Below are positions 56,305 to 64,000 of a DNA stretch of 64,000 bases, one piece after another (positions within the stretch are counted from its first letter, which is position 1; every line of letters begins with the position of its first letter). Where the stretch lies: assembly GCA_051005875.1 (NCBI GenBank), contig JBPCIX010000077.1:9537-73536 (forward strand). Direction: 5' to 3'. This DNA is from Actinomycetota bacterium. Its GTDB lineage: Bacteria; Actinomycetota; CADDZG01; JAHWKV01. The translations under genes were made by a program, and so were the position numbers. The notes under the pieces are model-generated. The model ran no database searches. It was given only the letters and a program-made list of their open reading frames with translations, and had not been told where the DNA came from.

Positions 56305-57953
56305 TAGCCGGGCATCAGATCTCGGAGATTCGGGTCCCCGTACACGTCCACGCGCTGGAGCGGCCTAGGCCCTGCGGAGCGGACTCCATGAGCGAACGCG
56401 AACTGATTCTGGCCAAACCACATTGGAATGACGGGCATTTGTTCACACAGAGTCTGCGCCGCGGCAGCGTAGGCCTGTCGCCTTTCAGAATCGTTGACCG
56501 TCGACCGGGCCTTTTTCAGCAAACCATCAAACTGGGGGTCAGAAAACTTCGTGAAGTTGTCGAGGCTGCCGGTTTCAAAAAGGGGTTGGAAAATAGCCTC
56601 GGGAGAAGGATACTTAACCGCCCAGGCCAACCTGAACGGGCCGTCAGCGCCTGGACCTGCGAGATAATCCAGGTAACTCTTCCATTCCATGGGCCTCAAC
56701 TCGCTGCTTATCCCAATGTTTTTGCGCCACTGATCGGATACCTTCTGAAGCCACTTCTCATGTCCGCCGTCGGAGTTTAAATAGATAGGAAGCGTCTTAC
56801 CCGTAGGGCTCGGCCCCGAACCCGCAAGCTCTTGTTTGGCCTTGCCCTGCTCGGCTGTTGGTCCTACCGATTTGCTACAACCAGCAGCGGCGCCGTCGAG
56901 GCCTGCGCTCGGAGGCAGAAATCCCGTCGCAGGAATTCGAGACTCTGCAAGCAGGCCCTTGATAATGGACCTGCGATCAATTGATGCCGATAGAGCTCTT
57001 CTTACTCCGGGCTGGTCGAACGGAGCTTGAGTTACGGGCAGACCCACATAGGCGAAATAGCCTGTCGGCCCTGCAGAAACCCTGTTTCGTACCAGCCGAG
57101 TTCCGGACAAGGACTCAAGAGGGACCGGTGCGACATCTGCCTGGGCTTGGTCGAGCAGTTTTGCAGCCGCTTTTTCGTCGGCTGCAACCTTCAAAACAAC
57201 CTTCCCAAACTTCCCGGCGCCACCGCCTGCGTAGGATTTATTGGCGCCGTAGTAGTCATTGAACCGAACCAGGCGAAGGTCCTGACCCTTGGTCCAGGGT
57301 GATTCAACCAAGTAAGGTCCCGTACAAATTGGCTTCGCGGCAAACGCTTCGGGAGCGCCGGCAACCGCTTCTCGCGGAATCGCAGCGCCTGCCGAGGGAT
57401 TCGCCAGCACGGCGGGAAGCTCCGCGTTGGCTTCTACCAGCGATATTTCGAGGAGGTGCGGATCAGGCGCTTTGACGCCCGCCAGAGACGTAGCTTGGCC
57501 GGCTCGAACTTCGGGATATCCGACCACCTTCTCGAAAAGGAAGTGCTGCGGTGAGCCGTTTGCAGGACTGACAAACCGAGAAAGGGACCACACGTAATCC
57601 TCGGCAGTAACCTCGCGCCCGTTGTGAAATTTGACGCCCGGTCGAAGCTTGAAAGTTATGGTTTTAGCGTCATCCGAAATCGTCCAGGACTCGGCTATAG
57701 CCGGCCTCAGGGTGGCGGTCTGAGAATCCGAGCCGACCAGGGAGTCGCATATTTGCTTGATCACAAATGTTCCCCATCGACTCGAAGCCTGAGTAGGATC
57801 GATTGATTCCGGATCTGTAATGGCAACCCGGAGCGTCTGGTCCCTAGCCGGCGGGCCGGGGATGTCCGGGCGCTCGGTGACAGAATTTGTTCCGCCACAG
57901 GCGACGCCGGCAAGGCCCAGCGCAGAAATTAAGATCCAGCGTCTGAAATTCAT
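56304..57953 (-). CDS. ABC-transporter solute-binding protein, family 5
   Basis: MNFRRWILISALGLAGVACGG lipoprotein signal and SBP_bac_5 core. ATG at 57953; the track start at 58124 is spurious. Confidence 0.85.
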   Translation of the reverse strand: MNFRRWILISALGLAGVACGGTNSVTERPDIPGPPARDQTLRVAITDPESIDPTQASSRWGTFVIKQICDSLVGSDSQTATLRPAIAESWTISDDAKTITFKLRPGVKFHNGREVTAEDYVWSLSRFVSPANGSPQHFLFEKVVGYPEVRAGQATSLAGVKAPDPHLLEISLVEANAELPAVLANPSAGAAIPREAVAGAPEAFAAKPICTGPYLVESPWTKGQDLRLVRFNDYYGANKSYAGGGAGKFGKVVLKVAADEKAAAKLLDQAQADVAPVPLESLSGTRLVRNRVSAGPTGYFAYVGLPVTQAPFDQPGVRRALSASIDRRSIIKGLLAESRIPATGFLPPSAGLDGAAAGCSKSVGPTAEQGKAKQELAGSGPSPTGKTLPIYLNSDGGHEKWLQKVSDQWRKNIGISSELRPMEWKSYLDYLAGPGADGPFRLAWAVKYPSPEAIFQPLFETGSLDNFTKFSDPQFDGLLKKARSTVNDSERRQAYAAAAQTLCEQMPVIPMWFGQNQFAFAHGVRSAGPRPLQRVDVYGDPNLRDLMPG

Positions 57954-59575
57954 GCTCGCGAGGCCCCAGGAATCAGTTGTCTCAAAATGGGACCACCAAA
58001 TAGGTCCAACATCGAATCGCCCCCCACGGAAGCCTTTTGAGTGTTGCGAACCCACTGTCCCGGCGCCCTCCACATCGGAATGACCGGCATCTGTTCGCAG
58101 ACGGCATTCTCGGCCTCGGTCCACAGCTTTGATCGGTCCGAAGGTGCAACAGCCTTTCGAGCCCGGTCAATTCGGGCGTCGACCTCGGGGTCCGAAAATC
58201 CAACAATATTGCCGGGAGATCCCGACCTAAAAAGTCCCCCTACGAGCTCGTCCGGTATTGGCAAATCGACGTCGGTGATCGTCATCCAAAGCGCAGCCGA
58301 TGACCGGGCCTTCAGCGACACCGCGAAATCCTCTGCGTTCAAGGGCTCCGGCTCAACCTGGATCCCAAGCGCATCCTTTAGTTGCACCTGGATGGCCTGC
58401 GCGACGAGCCTGCCGAACTGGCCCGGATCAAAAATCAGGGGGAGCTTTATTGATCCCGGATCGACCCCGCTTTGAGCCAGCAGGTCCTTGGCCCGGGCGG
58501 GGTCTGCGATTTTGCGGGCAAACCCTTCGCACGACGACGCTGAACTGGCTTCGAAAGTCTCCGGAAGCCACCCGAGCGCAGGCTGGCGCTGGTCTCCAAA
58601 CGCTGCATCGATTATCACCAGCCTGTCTATTGCCAAGGAAATGGCCTGCCTTACCTTGGCGTTGTTGGTGGGTGCCTTTGAGGGATCGAGGGCAAGCAGA
58701 GTCAACTGCGGACCGGCAGCCCTTTCAAAACCCTTTTGATCCCGGACGTCGCTGATTTGCCCCTCCGGAACCGGCGTCAAATCCACCTGTCCGGCCTTGA
58801 AAGCCTGGAAAGCGTCCTCGGGGGAATCGAATCCCGTGACGATTATTGTGGCGGCAAGACCGTCTGCCCCACCGTACGCGGATTTGGGCCCAGCCCGGAC
58901 CGGGCCGCGAATCAGCCTGTAGGCCTTTTCTTTGGCGCCTGCCTTGATTTGGTAGGGTCCGGAACATACGGGCGGATCTGGTCCACCAGGTTGGGCCGCA
59001 AGCGACTTGAGGGAAACCGGAACAAGGGCTGGGTGAGCCAAAACGGTCGGAAGTTCGGCAAATGGCTGAGTGAGGTCAATTTCCAGTTGAGAAGGACTTA
59101 CCAACCTGACTCCGCTGAGATGCGTCGCTGCCCCTGATTGAACCTCGGGAAAGCCAACGACATTCGACACTAGGCGTGACCATGGCGACGACGTGGCAGG
59201 CCGGGCTACTCTCGAAAGACTTTCGCGAATAGCCTCGGCGGTTACCGGGGTGCCATCCTGAAATAACACCTTGGATCTCAAACGCAGCGTGAGCCTCTGG
59301 GCCCCCTGGCTAAGCGTCCACGACGCAGCTAGAGCGGGGCGCGGCAAACCGGTTTGGGGATTAAGCGCGATTAGGCCGTCGCATGCCGTTCGAAGCAGAG
59401 TCAGGCTGGAAAGGCCATCGGCCCTCGGCGGATCCAACTGCCCCAACTGCGCCAGCCCCGCCCTAATTGTGCCGCGCGGCCGAAGGGATTCGGCAGTATC
59501 GCGGTCCGCCCCCGAACCGACACATGCGGTCATAAAGACGAGCACGAAGCAGAGCAGGGCTCTGCCCTGCCTCAA
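57950..59575 (-). CDS. ABC-transporter solute-binding protein, family 5
   Basis: Signal FVLVFMTACVGSG and SBP_bac_5 core. 4-nt overlaps with secG upstream and the next SBP downstream. Confidence 0.85.
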   Translation of the reverse strand: MRQGRALLCFVLVFMTACVGSGADRDTAESLRPRGTIRAGLAQLGQLDPPRADGLSSLTLLRTACDGLIALNPQTGLPRPALAASWTLSQGAQRLTLRLRSKVLFQDGTPVTAEAIRESLSRVARPATSSPWSRLVSNVVGFPEVQSGAATHLSGVRLVSPSQLEIDLTQPFAELPTVLAHPALVPVSLKSLAAQPGGPDPPVCSGPYQIKAGAKEKAYRLIRGPVRAGPKSAYGGADGLAATIIVTGFDSPEDAFQAFKAGQVDLTPVPEGQISDVRDQKGFERAAGPQLTLLALDPSKAPTNNAKVRQAISLAIDRLVIIDAAFGDQRQPALGWLPETFEASSASSCEGFARKIADPARAKDLLAQSGVDPGSIKLPLIFDPGQFGRLVAQAIQVQLKDALGIQVEPEPLNAEDFAVSLKARSSAALWMTITDVDLPIPDELVGGLFRSGSPGNIVGFSDPEVDARIDRARKAVAPSDRSKLWTEAENAVCEQMPVIPMWRAPGQWVRNTQKASVGGDSMLDLFGGPILRQLIPGASRA

Positions 59576-59778
59576 TTCAGAGTAAAAACGAGAGTCAAAG
59601 TGGTTGCCGTAAAGACTAGGGCCACGACAATAGTGAGCCGGTCCAAGTTCTTCTCAACCGCACTTGAGCCGCTCAGACCGCCACCCATGCCGCCGCCGAA
59701 CATCTCTGACAGGCCACCACCCCGGCCCGCGTGCAGCAAAATCAGAGTGATCAGAATGAATGAGGCAATAACGTGCAA
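59572..59778 (-). CDS. secG: Preprotein translocase subunit SecG
   Basis: About 68 aa, two TM helices flanking a glycine-rich loop (HAGRGGGLSEMFGGGMGGGLSGS), downstream of tpiA as usual. Confidence 0.8.
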   Translation of the reverse strand: MHVIASFILITLILLHAGRGGGLSEMFGGGMGGGLSGSSAVEKNLDRLTIVVALVFTATTLTLVFTLN

Positions 59779-59871
59779 TATAACGAATACAGCGGTAATA
59801 GCAGCTCCTAGGGTGGGTCGTGTTTATCGTGTGTTTTTGCCAGCAAAGTCTAGCGCACCAGCGCCAGATTA

Positions 59872-60654
59872 CTACTTGGGCGCCGAGGGTTTCTCAAATT
59901 GAACGATTCGGGCGAACTCTTCTGCATCAAGACTCGCTCCACCCACCAGGCCCCCGTCGATATTGGGCTTGCTCATTAACTCCGCCATGTTCCCTGCCTT
60001 AACGCTGCCTCCGTACTGAATCCGCACCTCGTCGGCGGCGTCGCCTGCAACTTCGCGAACCGTGTTTCGGATGAGAAGAATGGTCTGCTCAGCATCGTCT
60101 GCCGACGCCGTACGACCGGTGCCGATTGCCCAGATTGGCTCATAAGCGATAACCATTCCCGCCACCTGTTCCACCGACAGCCCCTCGAGTCCCTCGCGTA
60201 CCTGCCCGGTCACTTTCGTTTCCGTCCCACCTGACTCGCGTTCGGTGAGGGTCTCGCCGACGCACATGATTGGTATGAGGCCGGAGCTGAGGGCGGCCTT
60301 TACCTTGCGGTTCACATCGGCGCTGGTTTCACCGAAATACTCTCGCCGCTCGCTGTGTCCCACAATTACATAGGCCGCCCCGAGCTTCAGAAGCATCTCG
60401 GCTGAAATCTCGCCGGTGTAAGCGCCGGAGGATTCCCAATACATGTTCTGGGCGCCCACTGCGAACGGAAGGTCATCGCCATCAATGGCCGTCTGGACAG
60501 ATCGGATGGCTGTAAAGGGCGGACAAATGACGATGTCAACCTTGCCGGAGGCCGCGGGGTCCAGTCTGTTGCGAAGAGACTCGACAAAATGGATTCCGTC
60601 GAGATGGGTCTTGTTCATTTTCCAATTGGCGGCAATGATGGGCTTTCGGGTCAT
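59872..60654 (-). CDS. tpiA: Triosephosphate isomerase
   Basis: PIIAANWKMNKT and the active-site region (IAYEPIWAIGTG). Confidence 0.95.
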   Translation of the reverse strand: MTRKPIIAANWKMNKTHLDGIHFVESLRNRLDPAASGKVDIVICPPFTAIRSVQTAIDGDDLPFAVGAQNMYWESSGAYTGEISAEMLLKLGAAYVIVGHSERREYFGETSADVNRKVKAALSSGLIPIMCVGETLTERESGGTETKVTGQVREGLEGLSVEQVAGMVIAYEPIWAIGTGRTASADDAEQTILLIRNTVREVAGDAADEVRIQYGGSVKAGNMAELMSKPNIDGGLVGGASLDAEEFARIVQFEKPSAPK

Positions 60655-61832
60655 CAGTCCGCGCTCTGCAAAGGGGCCAGGCCGGGTAAGGGCTTGCCTT
60701 CGAGAAATTCGAGCGATGCACCCCCGCCGGTGGACAGATGGTCTATTTTTTGGGTTAGGCCGAACTTAGCCAGCGCTGCTGCAGAGTCACCTCCGCCGAC
60801 TACCGTGAACGCGCTGGATGCGCCGACCGCCTCGGCAACGGTTTTGGTTCCCTCGGAAAAGGATTCCCATTCAAATACACCCATCGGACCGTTCCAAAGC
60901 ACGGTCGCAGCTTCGCTCACGGCTTTTGCAAAAAGCTTTGCTGTTTCCGGTCCAATGTCGAGGGCCATCGCGGAATCCCCAATGTCGGATGCATCCACCG
61001 TATTCGACGGAGATTTTTCATCAAAAGCTTCGGCAACTTTCACATCGATTGGTAAAAGCAGGTTGACGCCCGCAGCTTTAGCTTGCCTTATGGTCTCAGC
61101 CACTTCGGCAACACGATCGGCCTCAATCTTTGACCCACCCGTACTGATCCCCGAAGCGGCCAAGAACGTATTTGCCATGGCCCCCCCGATCAGGATCGAA
61201 TCGGCTTTGTCGAGTAGATTGCCGACAACTCCGAGCTTGTCCGACACCTTGGAGCCACCCAACACGACCACGAACGGCCTGGTAGGACTCTCGAGCACGC
61301 GGGAAAGCACTTCGATTTCGCGATGCAAGAGAAGGCCCGCCGCACTTGGCAGCAACGCCGAAACGCCAGTCACCGAAGCATGGGCTCTGTGTACGGCGCC
61401 AAAAGCGTCGTTGACAAAAACATCCGCAAGACTTGCAAGTTCTTGGGCCAGTGCCGGGTCATTTGCTTCTTCACGGGCGTCGAAGCGCAAGTTTTCAAGC
61501 AGGGCGACGCCGGTAGAGCCCATGCTCTCAAGGTCCTCGGCGGGACCGTTCGGATGCTCGGTAACTCTGACTCGCGCATTCAGCAGGGTCGCGAGGGCCT
61601 GGCCCACTGCAACCATCGACAGCTCCGGGACCACCCTGCCTTTGGGTCGCCCCAGGTGGGAGCAACACACGACTCGGGCCCCCGCTTGCTGTAGCGCCTT
61701 AATTGTGGGGATAGCGGCACGGATTCGTTGATCGTCGGCCACTTCGCCGCCGGCGAGTGGAACGTTGAAGTCGACCCTTAGCAGGACTGTCTTGTTTTTG
61801 ACCTCTAAGTCGGCAAGTGATCGCAGTCTCAC
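60654..61832 (-). CDS. pgk: Phosphoglycerate kinase
   Basis: VLLRVDFNVPL N-terminus and GGGA...FLEGK motifs. GTG at 61832 fits homolog N-termini; the track start at 61889 would overlap gap. Confidence 0.93.
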   Translation of the reverse strand: MRLRSLADLEVKNKTVLLRVDFNVPLAGGEVADDQRIRAAIPTIKALQQAGARVVCCSHLGRPKGRVVPELSMVAVGQALATLLNARVRVTEHPNGPAEDLESMGSTGVALLENLRFDAREEANDPALAQELASLADVFVNDAFGAVHRAHASVTGVSALLPSAAGLLLHREIEVLSRVLESPTRPFVVVLGGSKVSDKLGVVGNLLDKADSILIGGAMANTFLAASGISTGGSKIEADRVAEVAETIRQAKAAGVNLLLPIDVKVAEAFDEKSPSNTVDASDIGDSAMALDIGPETAKLFAKAVSEAATVLWNGPMGVFEWESFSEGTKTVAEAVGASSAFTVVGGGDSAAALAKFGLTQKIDHLSTGGGASLEFLEGKPLPGLAPLQSAD

Positions 61833-61857
61833 GTTTTGATCACTGGGCTGGGTCGGC

Positions 61858-62880
61858 TCAAGATCCCACCAATACCGCGAGATCCACAAGCCTGTTCGAG
61901 TAGCCCCACTCGTTGTCGTACCAACCGATGACCTTTACCTGGTTACCGTTCACCATCGTCGAAAGCCCATCGATGACGCACGACGAAGAATTGCCTACAA
62001 CGTCGGAAGAAACAATCGGGTCCTCCGTGTACGTAAGAATTCCCTTCCAGTTGTCCGACGCGGCGGCTTCCTTGTACGAATTGTTGACCTCATCGACCGT
62101 GGCGGGCTTGCTGAGAACGCAAACAAGATCGGTCACGGAGCCGTCGGGAACGGGGACCCGCATAGCCATTCCATCAAGTTTGCCCTTCAGCTCGGGGATG
62201 ACCAACGCAATGGCCTTGGCCGCTCCGGTTGAGGCCGGAACGATATTCGAAGCAGCCGAGCGCATGCGGCGCATGTCCGGCTTGCCCTTGCGCGTTAGTG
62301 CGATCTGGTCGTGCAGCTGCTGTTCGGTTGTAAAGGCGTGGATGGTTGTCATGAAGCCTGACTCAATACCGAAGTTGTCAAGCAGAATCTTGGCCATCGG
62401 CCCGACTGAGTTGGTCGTGCAAGAGGCGTTGGAAATTACGCTGTGAGCGGCGGCGTCGTATTCGCCCTCATTGACACCCATGACGATTGTGACATCGGGA
62501 TCGGTGGCCGGGGCAGAAATGATTACTTTTCGGGCGCCGGCGTCCAGGTGTTTCGAGGCCCCTTCGCGGTCTGTAAACAGACCGGTTGACTCAATGACGA
62601 CGTCAACGCCGAGGTCCTTCCACCCAAGAGCCGCGGGATCGCGCTCCGAAAGTACCTGAAACGACATTCCGTTCACCTGAATGCCGCCCTCGGTCACTTT
62701 GATGTCCTTGTCTAAGACTCCGTGCGTAGTGTCGTATTTCAGCATGTGGGCGAGAATCTCCGGCGCCGCCAAATCGTTCACGGCGACCAATTCAACCTGC
62801 CCGTCGTTTCGCTTCAGAATTGCCCTCAGGAAATTTCGACCGATTCTCCCGAAGCCGTTTACCCCAACTTTTACGCCCAT
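61858..62880 (-). CDS. gap: Glyceraldehyde-3-phosphate dehydrogenase
   Basis: VKVGVNGFGRIGR and SCTTN active-site cysteine motif. Confidence 0.95.
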   Translation of the reverse strand: MGVKVGVNGFGRIGRNFLRAILKRNDGQVELVAVNDLAAPEILAHMLKYDTTHGVLDKDIKVTEGGIQVNGMSFQVLSERDPAALGWKDLGVDVVIESTGLFTDREGASKHLDAGARKVIISAPATDPDVTIVMGVNEGEYDAAAHSVISNASCTTNSVGPMAKILLDNFGIESGFMTTIHAFTTEQQLHDQIALTRKGKPDMRRMRSAASNIVPASTGAAKAIALVIPELKGKLDGMAMRVPVPDGSVTDLVCVLSKPATVDEVNNSYKEAAASDNWKGILTYTEDPIVSSDVVGNSSSCVIDGLSTMVNGNQVKVIGWYDNEWGYSNRLVDLAVLVGS

Positions 62881-62953
62881 TCTTTTAGACCCATTTCTTT
62901 CACGCCCATTTACTTACCTCCAGATAGGATTTCAGGTGAATACTATCGCGAGG

Positions 62954-63856
62954 TTATTCCCGTTCGAGATCTCGGTGCACGACAGTGGCGGAAAATCCCT
63001 TTTCCTGTAGATAACGAGTGATCTCGTCGGAAACAACAACGGATCGATGCTTGCCACCCGTGCAACCGACCGCAATCGTCAGATAATGCCGCCCCTCTTT
63101 CACGAATCCGGGGAGCAAAAAGCTAAGCAGGTCACGAAGCTTGCCCAAAAACTGCCCTGTCGCCTCTGCGCCGAGAACGTAGCCTCGCACTTTGCGGCTC
63201 GTTCCCGGGAGGGACCGGAGATCCTCGACCCAGTGCGGATTTGGCAAGAAGCGGCAATCGAAAACCATGTCGGCGTCCAGAGGGAGGCCATGCTTGAACC
63301 CGAAAGAGATCACGCTGACCGCTATCTTGCGCTGTCCGTCCATTTCCGAAAACAAGGAAAGCAACTTGCTCCGGAGTTCATGAACATTTAGCTCGGTGGT
63401 GTCAACTATCACATCAGCTCGATCCCTCAGCCTGCGCATGATCTGTCGATCTTGAAATATGCCCTCGATGACTCGCTCGTTGTCGGCAAGTGGGTGAGGC
63501 CTGCGGCTTTCGTTGAATCTTCGCACCAGGGCATGGTCCGATGCCTCGAGGAACAAGATTCGGTGCTCGATGCCCCGCTCTTCGAGCAGTGCCAAGGACT
63601 TTTCGAGCTGGGGAAAAGATTCTCCACTTCGGGCGTCCACCACCAGAGCGATTCTCTTAACCTTGCTGCCGGGGACTAAGGCAAGCTCCGCCATTTTTTC
63701 AATCAAAGCTGAGGGCAAATTATCGACGACAAAGTACCCCAGGTCCTCGAAACTCTTGGCAGCCTCAGAGCGCCCCGCCCCCGAAAGGCCGGTGATGATG
63801 GTGAACCTGGGCAGCGATTCGATCTCAGGTGGCGGTGCTGGGGCCTCGGGGGTCAA
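62954..63856 (-). CDS. rapZ: RNase adapter protein RapZ (YvcJ-like P-loop NTPase)
   Basis: IITGLSGAGRS Walker A and a C-terminal conserved domain. Confidence 0.9.
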   Translation of the reverse strand: MTPEAPAPPPEIESLPRFTIITGLSGAGRSEAAKSFEDLGYFVVDNLPSALIEKMAELALVPGSKVKRIALVVDARSGESFPQLEKSLALLEERGIEHRILFLEASDHALVRRFNESRRPHPLADNERVIEGIFQDRQIMRRLRDRADVIVDTTELNVHELRSKLLSLFSEMDGQRKIAVSVISFGFKHGLPLDADMVFDCRFLPNPHWVEDLRSLPGTSRKVRGYVLGAEATGQFLGKLRDLLSFLLPGFVKEGRHYLTIAVGCTGGKHRSVVVSDEITRYLQEKGFSATVVHRDLERE

Positions 63857-63860
63857 TTTC

Positions 63861-64000
63861 TCATGTCCTGATGTAATCGTAAATCCTCACGGCCAAACCG
63901 CGCCCGATGCCATCAACGGCCTGTATTTCTTGCAGACTCGCTTTGCTGACTCCAGTAGCCGATCCGAAATGCCGGAACAACGCTTGGCGCCTAACCGGCC
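63861..64000 (-). CDS. uvrC: Excinuclease ABC subunit C, C-terminal fragment (runs off window)
   Basis: Terminal (HhH)2-like segment ...AVDGIGRGLAVRIYDYIRT* ending at TGA 63861-63863; position upstream of rapZ as in other actinobacteria. Partial, so the identity is tentative. Confidence 0.5.
   Translation of the reverse strand, partial: PVRRQALFRHFGSATGVSKASLQEIQAVDGIGRGLAVRIYDYIRT

Overview
High-GC, actinobacterial-type chromosomal segment, densely packed with core genes. Actinobacterial signatures include the Pup-proteasome system, a GarA-position FHA gene, DUF4193 and synteny matching Mycobacterium Rv1826-Rv1832. Left to right: a GT2/MraY-like glycosyltransferase pair, pyrG, a dksA-like gene, an M50 protease, trpS, scpAB, rluB, aroH-tyrA-aroA, cmk-der, tRNA-Pro, a vapBC pair, an HTTM/alkaline-phosphatase-like membrane operon, a CDP-alcohol phosphatidyltransferase, the glycine-cleavage neighbourhood (gcvH, FHA, MerR, D-Ala-D-Ala carboxypeptidase, hpt, BFN, MerR, gcvT, split gcvPA/gcvPB), ogt, a tyrosine recombinase next to a ~2.5 kb lower-GC islet, ppm1, DUF4193, tetR, a lipid kinase, helY, tatA, the complete Pup-proteasome locus (pafC-pafB-DUF3866-pafA-prcA-prcB-pup-dop, arc) with a CE4 deacetylase inserted, trmI, glnA, nadE, tRNA-Leu, three tandem family-5 solute-binding proteins, and secG-tpiA-pgk-gap-rapZ-uvrC'. 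No CRISPR array, rRNA or transposase was seen. Three things stand out. (1) Short tandem repeats (units of 12-27 bp, always a multiple of 3, 2-3 copies) recur across the window. Many sit exactly on stop codons or overlapping stop/start junctions, where they create strings of in-frame backup stops and duplicated start codons. (2) The low-GC islet is bounded by two directly repeated dif-like core sites (9-bp arm, 6-bp spacer, 9-bp arm) beside the tyrosine recombinase gene, suggesting an excisable cassette that encodes secreted proteins of unknown function. (3) In three genes (rluB, the carboxypeptidase, gcvT) conserved N-terminal sequence lies upstream of the first ATG/GTG/TTG; the only plausible in-frame starts are AUC/AUU/AUA. 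Coordinates were read by eye and may be off by 1-2 nt.
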